Positions 12,543 through 25,589 are shown, numbered from the stretch's first letter. The stretch is 64,000 nucleotides of DNA from Octopus sinensis (GCF_006345805.1 NC_042997.1:198710001-198774000), one strand, 5' to 3'. A program made the numbers and translations. Notes: generated by a model from the sequence alone, not told the origin.

Positions 12543-14745
12543 AGTAGTCAGGATTATATGCCAGTGAAATGTGCACTTACTGAAATTTTCCGAGAAAAAA
12601 AAAAAACCTTGGCTTTGAAGCGGTCCCTCGAGGAGAGAGCATTCTCCACCAAATTAAGTGAAAATCCAGATACGGTATAAAAAGGTGCTAACAAAATTGG
12701 TGATGAGTATTTACCATAGTGTGACGAATCCAACTACTGGCAGATTAACGTCTGTCTATATGCGCTGGTTACTACTGTGAAACAGTACATGATTGGTGCC
12801 CCTGAGCATTGTATACAATAATTTCATTATTATTATTTATGATTGATATTCAAAAAGTAAACAAAACCGAAATAACAAAGAAAGTACCATCATGGGGTTT
12901 GAAGGCAGAGAAAAAGAAAACTGGTTTACGGAAGGCCATCAATCATGTAATGATACTTATTGCATGCAAACAAGCAAACCACTATACGTCCCACTATCAG
13001 AAAGTAAAGAAGGAGATAGAAATGATGTTTGAAGATAACAAAAACAGGACACTCACTTGCAAACTGATCACCCTCAAGCAGGAGCTAAAAGATGTCAGTG
13101 AAAAACTCCGACATCAGAAGAGAATAACCGAGAGAAGAACAATAAACAAAAAATTTAATCGCAACCAGGCAACAGAAACATGAGAGGATGTGCCGTAAAC
13201 ATCACGGAAGCTCCTTCACGAGATGACATAGACTCCTTCTGCAGAAAAATCTGGAGTGAAAAGAAGGAATTAACCAAGATGTTCTGTGGCTGGAAGAAAT
13301 GCGAAAAAGTTATTGCTCCTGCGTTAATTCCAATACATACGACATTGATGGTGAAGCTCTTGTAACTGTGGTTCAGAAACCCCAGGATAGAAAAGCACCT
13401 GGGAGAGACTTGGTTGTTGGATATTGATACAAGAAGCTAACATTCTACCGAGAATATCTTATCAATCTGCATCAGTAATCTTTCATTGGGAACAGTAGCA
13501 TACCAGACAGGTTAGCTCTGGCAGAGACAAAATTCAGAGACAAAATTGATCCCCAAATGCAGAACCACCCACATGGCAAAAACCTTCCAGCCAATTGCAT
13601 GTCAGAACTTAATCTGTAAGATATATACAGCATGTTTAAACCTCTTCCTCCAAACCATTCTGAAACCAATAACATTATCACAGTAGAACAAACAGCTGAG
13701 AAGGGAGTCTGGGGATGTGCCGAGCAATTGTTAATCAACAATACTGTGATGTCAGAGGTGCGAGAGCATAGTAAGAACCTAGTTTCAATGAAGACTACAA
13801 GAAAGCTATTGACTCTGTTCCCCACACATGGATGCTAGAAGTCCCGCAACTTGCTAAAGTTCCAGTGAGAATAGTCAAATCCATAGCTGACCTGACATCA
13901 GCGTGGGTCACCATCTTGAAATTAAACACAAAGAGGGAATATATTATCACCGATAGAGTACAGTATCGTAAAGGCATATTCCAAGGAGGCAACGTCTCTG
14001 TGATGTTGCTTATACTTTCTGTAAACCCTTTTTTCATTCATATTAAGGAAGTCTCAAGGATATCTCACTGGTTCACGAGGAGGAAAGAGAAATACCAAAA
14101 TTACACACTGCTTCTTTGTGGATGACTTAAAACTTTATGCAAAGAATATGCAAGCCATGACCTAGTTACAACATTCTCAAAGGATATAGAGTTGGAATTT
14201 GGTCAAGATAAATGTTGTTATATGGTTGTGAAAAGGAAGGAAAAATATAAAGCATACTAGCAACATCTCCATCAAGGATTTGACTGTCTTCCCTGTATCT
14301 TACAAGGAATGTTACAGGTATCTAGTGGTAGATGAAAATATATCTTACAATGGCATCTGTAACACAACACGTGTGACTAAAGAATATTACAGCTGAATAA
14401 AGAAAATTTGGATCTCAGAACTCTCTGTATTCATTAAATCAGTTGCCCACAATGTGTTTGCAGTGCCACATACCAGTATTTGGGATGCTTGATTGGACGC
14501 TTGATAACATCCGAGCTATTGATATGAAAACCCGAAAAATACTAACAATCACACATGATTGCCACATCAACAGTGACGTAGACCGTTTCTACCTAAAAAG
14601 ATGCACGCACGCACGCGCACACACGCACACGCACACACACAAAAAATACCTTGTTGATGTTGAAATTCTAATGAAAGGTCTTAGATCTACATTAGAAACC
14701 GATTCGTCCTGTTGGCAAAAAATCTTGAAATAAACTGAATAATGA
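11560..14745 (+). mobile_element. Decayed R4/Dong-clade non-LTR retrotransposon (N-terminal region, RT, 3'UTR)
   Basis: Peptides FSWSYELNNDLFNCYVKAK..GYMNRLKSYW, KGVWGCAEQLLIN, DSVP(H)xW, RKGIFQG, HCFFVDDLKLYA, EFGQDKC; many stops and frameshifts; ends in 3'UTR + (CATA)n. Confidence 0.85.
12245..12431 (-). mobile_element. SINE group B monomer inserted in the LINE, 11-bp TSD
   Basis: AGTAACTAACC at 12234-12244 and 12434-12444. Confidence 0.9.
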
Positions 14746-14780
14746 CATACATACATACATACATACATATATACATACAA

Positions 14781-15786
14781 TCTAGGAACAGGAAATATCA
14801 ACGAAATACCTGATGCACAAAAGGGACAAAGATGCAGGAAAAACAGTAAAACGTGACAACTGATGCTGACTTTGTGGAGTTAAGAACGAAAATATTACCC
14901 ACATCATAAACAGTTGTCCGATGACGGTATTATCTACCGATGGGACATGATGTTGTAGCTCGGACGCTATAACACGACCCGTCGGATGGATGACCCCGTG
15001 GACAAAGAAATAAGAACCCATAGTATGGTAGAAGCCATAACTACTCATATTAAAAAGGAGTACAGGTAGAACGTCCCGATGAAACACAACAGACCTGACA
15101 TTATGATTTGGGATACAGGCGAGAAACTGTGTACAGTTGTGACAATCAGATGCCCAATAGGTGTTAACAAAGTTGAAGACCAGTGAACACCTCTATAAAA
15201 TAGATTCAATAGACACAATAGACCTGAAATAGTAATTTGGGATAGAGGAAAGAAACTGTGTACAGTTGTGGAGATCAGCTGACCAGGATAAAACTGAAGA
15301 TCAGCGAAAAAGAAATTACCTACTCAGAACTATTGAGAAATCTACAGCTCCTCTATCCAGATAACAAGTTCAGGTATATATGTAATTATTGGAACCCTGA
15401 GATATGTAACACACTGCCTAAATGCTAATCTTAAGAAATTTCGCTTTTCGAAACCAGAAAGGAGAAAGCTGACTCGAAGACGACAGATCCAACCCATCAC
15501 TTAAACTGAAAATCTGTAAAAAATTCCGGGAGTTCATCATTTAAGTATATATGTGCATGTCTAGATATGCAAGTATATCATACATATACTTGCATATCTA
15601 GACATGCACATATATACTTAAATGATGAACTCATACATAATGAAGTTATACATAAAACAAAACATACAGATCCGCACCCATACATACATACAAAAATTCC
15701 AATGAAGGAGTCTTGGATCTGTGTTAGAAAGCGGCTCTTTCTCCATTGGTAAGAAATCTTGAAATAAAACCGAATAATGACATACG
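14781..15786 (+). mobile_element. R4/Dong-type 3' fragment: zinc knuckle + restriction-like endonuclease + 3'UTR
   Basis: C*LCG..ENITHIINSC, HDVVA, HNRPDIMIWD..KLCTVV; 3'UTR ending GAAATCTTGAAATAAAACCGAATAATGACATAC, same as 14650-14745. Confidence 0.85.
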
Positions 15787-16384
15787 TATATAGGACTGGT
15801 TTGAACTTTCTGAGGAAGAACTTAAAACTGAAATAAAAACTATACAGACAGACAGAAAGACAAGCAAGCAGGCAGACGTAAGTGTTAGTGTCTGTCTTGT
15901 TTATTAAACAGACAATGATTTAATGATTGATAACGTAATATTGGTTTCAAAGTAAGTCGTTAATTCATTAAGTCAGAGTATACTATTGAAACACCTTTGA
16001 GAGGTTAGCCAATTATCGATATAACAATCGTTAAAAGAAAGTAAATGGTGATCTACGAGAAAGAGAAGCAAACGAGGAAGTTTCAACGACCTAAAGGAAT
16101 GGGCGATCATTTTCGAGAAGCGGGATGTTTCGTTAGAAGTGCCATTCAGAAAGACGTTCGTGGCACATTTGGTCCATGATTGCTCTTCGTGGTTGCTCAA
16201 ACTGCTAGAAATAGCAGTGAAACGTTAGTGAAGGACGGGTTGAATTGTCATATATATTGTGAGTCTTTTCAGCCAAGACTAACCCACGATTGACAAAATA
16301 AGTGATTTGTGTGTATTAAATAAGTAAATAAAACAAACCAAATACCCACGCATAAACTGATGGTTGAGTCGTGAAAAAAGAAAA

Positions 16385-16910
16385 ACAGAGAGACAAAGAG
16401 AGAGAGAGAGAGAGGATAGAGAGAAAAAGAGAAAGACAGAGAGAAAGAAAGAGAGAGAGGCTAGAGGGCGTGGGAGATGGAGGGAGAGAGAGAGGATAGA
16501 GGGAGAGAGAGAGAGGATAGAGGGAGAGAGAGGATAGAGGGAGAGAGAGAGGGGATAGAGGGAGAGAGAGGGAGGATAGAGGGAGAGAGAGAGGATAGAG
16601 GGAGAGAGAGAGAGAGAGAAGATAGAGGGAGAGAGAGAGAGGATAGAGGGAGAGAGAGAGAGAGATAGAGGGAGAGAGAGGAGAGAGAGAGGGAGAGAGA
16701 GAGGATAGAGGGAGAGAGAGAGGAGAGAGGGAGAGAGAGAGGAGAGAGGAGAGAGGATAGAGGGAGAGGAGAGGATAGAGGGAGAGAGAGAGAGGGAGAG
16801 AGAGAGAGGGGATAGAGGGAGAGAGAGAGGGAGAGAGAGAGGAGAGAGGGAGAGAGAGAGATGATAGAGTGAGAGAGAGAGATGATAGAGTGAGAGAGGG
16901 AGGATAGAAG
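16385..16910. repeat. Polypurine (GA)-rich compound repeat, ~16-22-bp GAGAGGATAGAGGGAGA units
   Basis: About 520 bp almost entirely purine on the + strand. Confidence 0.95.
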
Positions 16911-16989
16911 CATATAGAAGCTGGGTGATTCAAAGCAGTTGTCCATAGAAATCCTTTGTTTTATGCTCAACTCTGTCAATTAGCTAGTT

Positions 16990-18048
16990 ACTACGATGGA
17001 ATTGTGAACTGGTATATTCTTTGGGCTGTGGTGCTCTGAGCTTTTTCTAACAAAATTTCTTCCTGAACTTCTTTGTTGACTGTCTGGCAAGAAGGAACAC
17101 TGTGGACGTAGATGATACGCTGGCTGTCAAAACCGGAATCATCAACAGCTTTCCGGTGGAAGCCTCTTGTTCCAGGGAAGAAAATAGATGCTTGGCTCAT
17201 ACAAATTAATCCACACGCAGTCTGGGGTATTTCATAAGTTTCTCTAGCGTTTTGCCCAGTAGAACAGAAAATTTTATTGCAGAGCTAGGTTCCAAATTGT
17301 CTCCACGTCTCAGCTGCGAATGTTTTTTTTCCCCACGAGATTTGCATACAACCAATCAGAACTCACCTTGAGCTTGTTGTCAAGTTAGTAAGCACAGACT
17401 ACCAGGTAAACTCAAGAGGAAGAACGTTGTTGTAAGTCAACCGATCGCCAAGTTATACCTGATTTTAGTAGACAAGTAATTAGATAGATTTGCATTTATA
17501 CCTATTATCGGATTTTGTTAGGGCCCCCATACGGTAAAGATGTGGATGGGGAAAATGTGGGTAGAGGGTGATGTGCTTGCAACCCTCTCCCCTTACTGTT
17601 TGACAAAGTAAACAAAAATAATTACGCAGAGGCAGCCATGTTTGAAACAAGAAAAAGAACACAAGCATTATCAAAAGAGAAAAGAAGCATGATCGTTCTT
17701 TACAAAAGTGACCTTATCTGATCGCCCAACACTTGCTATGCGCTCATAAATTGATACTTGATCTCTGATTGGCTGTATGCAAATGAGTTTACAATAGGGG
17801 TCTGGAACTCTCGTGGGAAACAATTTCGTGTCCCGGCTGCATTCTGAAAATTAGTCAGCTGTGACAAGCAGTATTTCGTTTGGTGTGTTCAAAATGCTGC
17901 CACTTCCGTACCCTTCAATCTGGAACAACGAAAGCTGGCAGGTCAGCTTATTCGATGTATGGTAATGATAGACTAAAATCAAAATAATCTCAGACAATTA
18001 TAACTGCCTCCTTAAAAATGTCCCAGAACTTCTGGAATACACCTCGTA
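16990..18048 (-). mobile_element. Decayed mariner transposon
   Basis: FDSQRIIYVHSVPSCQTVNKE matches the mariner FDxxGxxxxExxPxGQTVN segment; TIR-like TACGAGGTGTATTCCAGAAGTTC at the right end. Confidence 0.65.
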
Positions 18049-18384
18049 TGTATGTATTGTGTATGCATGCGCATGTGTATGAGTGAGTGTGCGTGTGTGG
18101 TTTACACATACATATGTGCTTAAGATTTATTCATAAAATCTATATATTTATATATATATATAGGTTATGAGCGGTAATGGTGTCATTGAAACCCAAAGGT
18201 GTCAGGTAATGCTGAACAAGTGCTATAGATAGACCATAGTTAAGTTCCAGGTTCAATGATTTTGCGAATAAGGGGTCCAACGTTGGTCATATGTCAGCGT
18301 GTGTATATAAAAAAAGGATTACTTCGTAATGAGATAAAAAAAAACCAAGGCTGTGTAGATTTTAGAACATTTATAGATAGGTAC

Positions 18385-18424
18385 TACAGCTGTTTCCAGG
18401 ATATTTATTATATCCTTTCATCGG
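18385..18424 (-). ncRNA. Hammerhead-ribozyme-like motif (one core mismatch) in a Penelope-like repeat
   Basis: CCGATGA-A-AGGATAT(AATAA)ATATCCT-G-GAAACAGCTGTA: 7-bp stem II, palindromic stem III, GUA site; stem I weak. Confidence 0.6.
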
Positions 18425-18487
18425 AAAAGCTGTGAGAGGATGGTTAAGAAAGAGTTAATTTAGGTAAGATATATTTATCTATATATA

Positions 18488-18650
18488 GGTGTAGGAGTAG
18501 CTGTGTGGTAAGTAGCATGCTTAGCAACCACATGGTTCCGGGTTCAGTCCAATTGTGTGGCAAATTGGGCAAGTGTTCTCTGCTTTAGCCTCGGGCCGAG
18601 CAAAGTCTTGCGAGTGGATTTGGTAGACGGAAACTGAAAGAAGCCCGTCG

Positions 18651-18748
<98 letters not shown>

Positions 18749-18955
18749 GGATGGATGTGTGTATGACCCCAACATCGCTTAACAACCGATGCTCGTGTGT
18801 TTACGTCCCCGTGACTTGGCGGTTCGGCAAAAGAGACCGACAGAATAAGTACTACGCTTACAATAAGTACTAGGGGCGATTTGTTCGACTAAAGGTGTGG
18901 CTCCAGCATGGCCACAGTCAAATGACCGAAACAAAAGAGTAAAAGAATAAAGAGA
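18488..18955 (+). mobile_element. SINE group A with expanded internal (TA)n
   Basis: Group A head and tail; internal TA run of about 85 bp. Confidence 0.9.
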
Positions 18956-20032
18956 GAGTGTATATAAATATATATATACACACACGCACTCACACATTCA
19001 TATACACTTATATTCATTATACGCATATTTACATATATAATTACATATAACGATGTGTGTGTGTGTGTGTGCATGTATGTTGTGCGTGTGCGCTTGCATA
19101 TAAAGGTTTTGATTTCTCACATTTACACAAGATTTACTGATGGTTATTATTTCCCGTTGACTGACCAAGTTTATGACTAAAAGCTCTTTAACCGAGGCCA
19201 AAACCGTCTTTCTAAAGTCCACATTGTATTTTTTTTATTAATATTCCTCACAGCTGTAGCAACCACGTCGAATCTCTGGCAAGAATTGCAGAGTTAACTG
19301 AATTGAATACAAGCGTGGAGCAAAATCTAGGAACAAAACAAAATTCTGAAAGACGTAATTAAGTGTTCGCTTAATTACCCGAAATACTAATTTCCAACAT
19401 TGTCTCAACGAAATAAACTTTAGGCGAGGATATTGACAATAAACTTGATACCCGCATTATTTGACTCGGAAGCTACCGAGTAAGGTCCATTGTAGAAAAT
19501 TTCTAAATAAAGCTGCTTCAAATACGCTGAATCAGAAATCGATTAAGGACAACATGCAATTGGATAACACGGTACGGTTGCATCTATGTACTTATATTCG
19601 TACTTGCGGTGGCATTCACGTGGGTGGATTGAGCCGGCCGCGATCCAGTTCATCACGTCCATCATTAACGCTGATCACATCCGACAGTCGGCCCTAACGT
19701 TCCAGCAGGTAAAATGATGCTTCTGTCTGCAGCCCAAAATTCCAGCCTGCAATTATGACAAATTTTTTCCCACGAAAGTTCCGGATCCTAGTTATCAACT
19801 CATTTACATTCAACCAATCAGAGCTTAACTATCCAACTAGTGTCCAACTTATTCACGAAATACGCCATAGAAACCGGGAAACCGGGCCCATGAGCTTGAA
19901 AAGGGCGCATAAATAAATAAATAAATAAAAACACAAAAACAATATTTTCTATTTTACTGTTAGTTTTGCTTCCTTTCGAAAAATATAAAATGAATTTTAT
20001 GGTTTATTATTGCTTATATTTTGAATTACATA

Positions 20033-20254
20033 TACTAGGCGGTGTCGAATCGTTCCTGGCTTTGTGTAAAAGAAAATACAGGAGAATCAGTTAATTATGA
20101 TTTTATTCAACATATTCCCCTCTCAGATCCACACACTTATTGCAGCAGTCCTTCAATTTTTGTAAGCCCTGTAGAAGAACTCGGAAGGTTGGGCCTCCAG
20201 CCAGGCCTTTCGCGACACTCTTATACGTAGGACCTTTTCAGCACCTCATCGTAT
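20033..20254. mobile_element. Degenerate mariner-type MITE
   Basis: Imperfect TIRs TACTAGGCGGTGTCGAATCGTTCCT / AGGACCTTTTCAGCACCTCATCGTA with TA ends. Confidence 0.55.
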
Positions 20255-20361
20255 ATGGGAGCACCAAACTCTTTTAAGAGCTTAGGTCTCTATGGATCTT
20301 AATGTGACCCTTCACTGATTGATTTGGTTGATTGACTGAGTAAAAGGATGAAGTGAACATC

Positions 20362-20524
20362 GGCGTAGGAGTGGCTCAGTGGTAAGTAGCTTGCTTACGA
20401 ACCACATGGTCCTGGGTTCAGTCCCACTGCGTGGCACCTTGGGCAAGTGTCTTCTACTATAGCCTCGGGCCAACCAAAGCCTTGTGAGTGGATTTGGTAG
20501 ACGGAAACTGAAAGAAGCCCGTCG

Positions 20525-20565
<41 letters not shown>

Positions 20566-20793
20566 GTGTGTGTGTGTATGTTGTGTGTCTGTGTTTGTCC
20601 TCCCAACATCGCTTGACAACCGATGCTGATGTGTTTACATCCCCGTAACTTAGTGGTTCGCCAAAAGTGACCAATAGAATAAGTACTAGGCTTACAAAGA
20701 ATAAGTCCCGAGTTCGATTTGCTCCACTAAAGGCGGTGCTCCAGCATGGCCACAGTTAAATGACTGAAACAAGTAAAAGAGTGAAGAGTAAAA
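20362..20793 (+). mobile_element. SINE group A, full length
   Basis: Matches the other group A copies. Confidence 0.92.
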
Positions 20794-21378
20794 GGGTGGT
20801 CGGCGGGATTTGAACTCGAAATGAAAACCAGAGTAATTAAACACGGTTAAGCATATCGTCTGCTGCTGCTCTGTTGATTCTGCGTTACAACCAACGTCTT
20901 TTGCTATTCCAAATAAAAACAAATATTTACTCATATATATTAAAGTGTTTCGTGGTTATATTAGTTTCATAGGCAAAACTGTAACTATCACTTTCAACAG
21001 AGTGGAAATGACATTTGATATTTTCAAAGCAGTAAGCAGCAGCTATCTCTTTCTCACATGCCACATCAGAATTTATCGGCGAAATTCCATTTTCATTTAT
21101 CATCTAAGCAAGCGATGTCAATAATCTACATTATAGTAAGCTTTCAACGTAGTTATATCACTTTCAGCGTAACTATATTTATAGGAATACATGTTCATAT
21201 TTAAACAGGACTTAATGTGCAGACACAAAGTATGCGTATCGTGTGTCAGAGAAATTCGAATATCTCTTGAAACCTCAGACTCGTGTTTTCTAGTTGACAA
21301 ATCGCTGTTATTACCGCCATATTACGTTCCCAATGAAATTCGCACCTTCTAACATCTATAGCTAACATCTGTATATAC

Positions 21379-21438
21379 CTGTGCAAAATGGTCTCCGGAT
21401 AGGTTTTATTCCCAATGCACGTGCATTTCTGTCAGCGC
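21379..21438 (-). CDS. Candidate 60-nt internal exon, phase 1-1, (G)ADRNARALGIKPIRRPFCT
   Basis: Acceptor ccctcccag, donor CAG|gtatat, open frame compatible with the phase-1 exon ending at 31084; splice sites only moderate. Confidence 0.35.
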
Positions 21439-21622
21439 CTGGGAGGGTTTCATTTAATTTCTACTCATTTACATAAGGATTATATTCATAATTGCTATAA
21501 TACTGATTAACTTTGGGAGAAGCATAAGTTACTATTTAAAAATGAATTAAAATCTATATATGAATTTATTGCACATAATACACCAGATTTGCACAGCCGT
21601 GTACACACACACACACGTTACC

Positions 21623-22224
21623 TATTTTTTTATTGCCCACAAGGAGGCTAAACACAGAGGGGACAAACAAGGACAGATAAACGGATTAAGTCAATTACAT
21701 CGACCCCAGTGCGTAACTGGTACTTAATTTATCGATCCCGAAAGGATGAAAGGCAAAGTCGACCTCGGCGGAATTTGAACTCAGAACGCAACGGCAGACG
21801 AAATACCAATTTCTTTACTACTCACGAGGGGCTAAACACAGAGAGGACAAACAAGGACAGACAAACGGATTAAATCGATTACATCGACCCCAGTGTGTAA
21901 CTGGTACTTAATTTATCGACCCCCGAAAGGATGAAAGGCAAAGTCGGCCTCGGCGGAATTTGAACTCAGAACGCAATGGCAGACGAAATACCTATTTCTT
22001 TATTACCCACAAGGGGCTAAACACAGAGGGGACAAACAAGGACAGACATAGGTATTAAGTCGATTACATCGACCCTAGTGCGTAACTGGTACTTAATTTA
22101 TCGACCCCGAAAGGATGAAAGGCAAAGTCGACCTCGGCGGAATTTGAACTCAGAACGTAACGGCAGACGAAATACCGCTAAGCATTTCGCCAGCGTGCTA
22201 AAGATTCTGCCAGCTCGCCGCCTT
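21623..22224 (-). mobile_element. SINE group B trimer (3 x ~184 bp + single head) with 14-bp TSD
   Basis: Three head-to-tail units; ACACACACGTTACC at 21609-21622 and 22226-22239. Confidence 0.92.
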
Positions 22225-22542
22225 AACACACACGTTACCATACACACACACACACACGTAAACACACGCACTCTTATTTAACGAACGTAAAATGGAAGAC
22301 GTCTGTTGCTAACACTGAGAGGAAGCCTTTTCGATATGTTCAAAACGTTGAAAATATTACGTATACATACGTACATGTGTGTGTGTGTGTGTGTGTGTTT
22401 GCATTTATGTGTGCGTGTGTATTGAGCTAAGGGTTCTGTTCACAGCCTGAGAAATAGATACTAATATTTTTACATGTATATATTACAATACAAATACACA
22501 TGTAACAACCGACCTTGATTCACATATGATCGCTACATGCCG

Positions 22543-22597
<55 letters not shown>

Positions 22598-22694
22598 CTG
22601 AGTGTTTTTATTAGTCTGATCGTCTTTCTTTCCCTCCTTCACTCTTTCTCTTTTTCAAACGCGCACGCGCACACACGAACGCGCAGAAACTTAT

Positions 22695-23109
22695 CTCTTT
22701 TACTCTCTTATACTTGTTTCAGTCATTAGACTGCGACCATGCTGGAGCACCGCCTTTAGTCGAACAAATCAACCTCAGGACTTATTCTTTGGGAGCCTAG
22801 TACTTATTCTATCGGTCTCTTTTGCCGAACCGCTAAGTTACGGGGACGTAAACACACCAGCATCGGTTGTCAAGCGATGTTTGGGGGGGACAAACACAGA
22901 CACACAAACATATACACACACACATACAAATATATATATACATATATGATGGGTTTCTTTCAGTTTCTGTCTACCAAATCCACTCACAAGGGTTTGGTCG
23001 GCCCGAGGCTATAGTAGAAGACACTTGCCCAAAGTGCCACGCAGTGGGACTGAACCCGGGATCATGTGGTTGTTAAACAAGCGACTTACCACACAGCCAC
23101 TCCTGCGCC
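22695..23109 (-). mobile_element. SINE group A, full length
   Basis: Reverse complement of group A. Confidence 0.92.
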
Positions 23110-23569
23110 TTTTAGTTTTTTTTTTCTCGTCCTGCATTTGTGACTCGTTATCCCCCCCCTCCCAGTTTTGATTTGTTCCCTCTTCTCATCACTTCTCTCG
23201 TCTCCATCTTGTTATTCCTCTTGATATTTCCTAACTTAATCTCCTTTACACTTAATCTCTCTCACTGGATTTTGTTATCTTTTTTTTTCCTCTACCTCTT
23301 TATTCATCTTATCGCACACACCTTGGAGAATGTCTCCCTTTCATGAGGATTGGTTACGCATTTCTTTTCCGAGTTAAAAAGCGAAAAAGAGAAAAGAAAA
23401 TCCTCCAGTTTTCGACACTTCAAGGCCCAGAAATACACAGAGATATTTTAGGCAAAACGGCTCGTGCCTAAGTATACACTGGTCGAAATATTTTTTAACA
23501 AAAAATATGAAGCAGTAAATCGTAAAATTTAAGATAGAGCAGAGCGGATAAACAGATTCTGAATATTAA

Positions 23570-23890
23570 TAATATACATATATACATACACACAAACACT
23601 TATACACACACACATACATACATACAGATATATGTACATACATACACACACTCACATACATACACACACACATATATATATGATACATACCTACATACGT
23701 ACGTACGTACATACACGCATACATACATACACGCATACATACATATATACGGTACATACGGTGCATACATACGTACGTACATGCATACATACATACATTT
23801 GGATGTTTATATCTGCGCCAATTATGTGAGCGTACATGTAAATACATACTTGCGCACACACGCACACAAACACGTGCATACACTCACACA
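23570..23890. repeat. Degenerate (CA)/(TACA) microsatellite
   Basis: Alternating purine-pyrimidine low complexity. Confidence 0.9.
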
Positions 23891-23989
23891 CATTATAGAT
23901 AGTAGTGTAACAATAGTAAATTATATATTTCACATAGTGCCGACAGTATCTGATAGAGAACTCAATATGTTAGATAGAGTGGATATATA

Positions 23990-24493
23990 CCGTAAATCCT
24001 CGAGTATAGTCAGCCCTTGAGTATAATACGCAGGGTATTTTTAGGGGGCTGTACTTCAGAAAAAACCTAAATCTTGTGTATAATACGCACCCCTTCTCTA
24101 ACGGGAGTCAAGGAGGTCTATATAACGTCCTTGGTTTGTAAAAATGTATACGGTAACGTCCATTATTATTATTGTATATATAATATAATGCAAACGTGTA
24201 GCTTTTTTGTGCATTTTGTTTGCAGAAAATAAAGAAATAACAGTAATAACGTTTAATAAATGTCGTTTATTGCAAGTTATGGATGATTCTTTTATGACTT
24301 CATTGCTTTCAGGCTTAGCTTAAGGTATTTTCGCGCCCGACATCAGAAAATGCGTCTGAATAAACATTGCCGGGCAGCAAATAGAGACTCGGACATTGCT
24401 TAGAAAATATTTTTTATTTTAACCTCGTATATAGTACGCACTAGGGATTTTGACTGTTGGGGAAAAATGCGGATTATACTCGAGGATTTACGG
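23990..24493. mobile_element. Tc1/pogo-type MITE, 504 bp, TA TSD
   Basis: Perfect TIR CCGTAAATCCTCGAGTATA / TATACTCGAGGATTTACGG flanked by TA; internal repeats of GTATAATACGCA. Confidence 0.9.
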
Positions 24494-24799
24494 TATTTAT
24501 GTCGACTTTGCCTTTCATCCTTTCGGGATCGGTAAATTATCTACCATTTGCGTACTGAGTTGATCTAATCGACTGACCCCTTCACCAAAAATTTTGGATC
24601 TTGTACCTAGGTAGGAAAAGAATATCAGATCTCAAAGTCTACTGAGTTTCATCCTGAGGCTTTTCATGACTATCGGGAACAGTCCAGCTAAGGAAGGCAT
24701 ACTCGTGTGATAAAGAAGTTTGCTTTCCGACCATAGATTTTCAGGCTCAATCCCATGGCGTGGAATCTTGCTTGTGGATTTGGTAGGCGGACACTTACA

Positions 24800-25340
24800 C
24801 AGGTAAACGGTTGAGGAGGCTAGATCCTTATCTTTCCACTCGGGAGACATATTAAACAAATGTTCCATAAAAAAACAGTAAACGCCAAGAGAAAAACTTG
24901 AAGAAACAACTAACAAGAGCGAAATTCTCATCAGAGACTAAAACCGAATTCTTTGTAAAAGACTGTGGAAATGGTAGATGTGGGATCTGCAGTAACCCCA
25001 TCTACAAATATAGAGAGGGAAACAAACAAATTAGATTTAAGAGTGATTACAAATTCAAAGTAAATGCAGACATGAAATGCAAGACATAGAACGTAATATA
25101 CTGCATAACCTGCCCCACATGCAAGGAGAATGATATAGGCGAAACTGGAAATTCTTTATGCCAACGAGCCAGAATTCACCGACAACATGTCCAACAAGAG
25201 GAACTACGAAAGATTCCACTGAGTAAACACTTAGATACATGTGGAGAAGGAAAATTTAAGATTTTTCCCTTCTATAAAACTGAATGGCTGAAAATATTTC
25301 TGTAATGATTTGTACTGGATGAAGGATAAATTTTGTAAAG
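24800..25340 (+). mobile_element. Penelope-like element GIY-YIG endonuclease fragment
   Basis: KKQLTRAKF..CGNGRCGIC, C.T*NVIYCITCPTCKENDIGETG, R..HRQH, LSKHLDTC; stops present. Confidence 0.85.
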
Positions 25341-25589
25341 TAAATTGTATTACACACACACAGTACTATATGGACATACACATAAATAGAAACAATCTTA
25401 CATCGAGATTCTCCAACCCATACCAGCACCGGGAATCAAACATTGAATTGAAAGAACTGAACAGCGGTATAAACATCAACACATTTTTCTTCTTCCTCTC
25501 TTCCTTTTACATTGACACTTCTTTCAGATACACAGGCACCCACATACATACACACACAAAAACACATACTCTCTCTAACTGGACAATGT

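Noticed and set aside
16316-16979. Leu/Ser/Pro-rich ORFs
   Set aside because: Translations of the GA-rich repeat.
19252-19326. 75-nt phase-1 minus-strand exon candidate
   Set aside because: The frame is open and the acceptor fair, but the donor (GCT|gtgagg) is weak and the peptide unrecognisable; too likely to be chance.
21623-22224. Regular repeats resembling a CRISPR array
   Set aside because: Units are contiguous ~184-bp SINE bodies without unique spacers; eukaryotic context and no cas genes.
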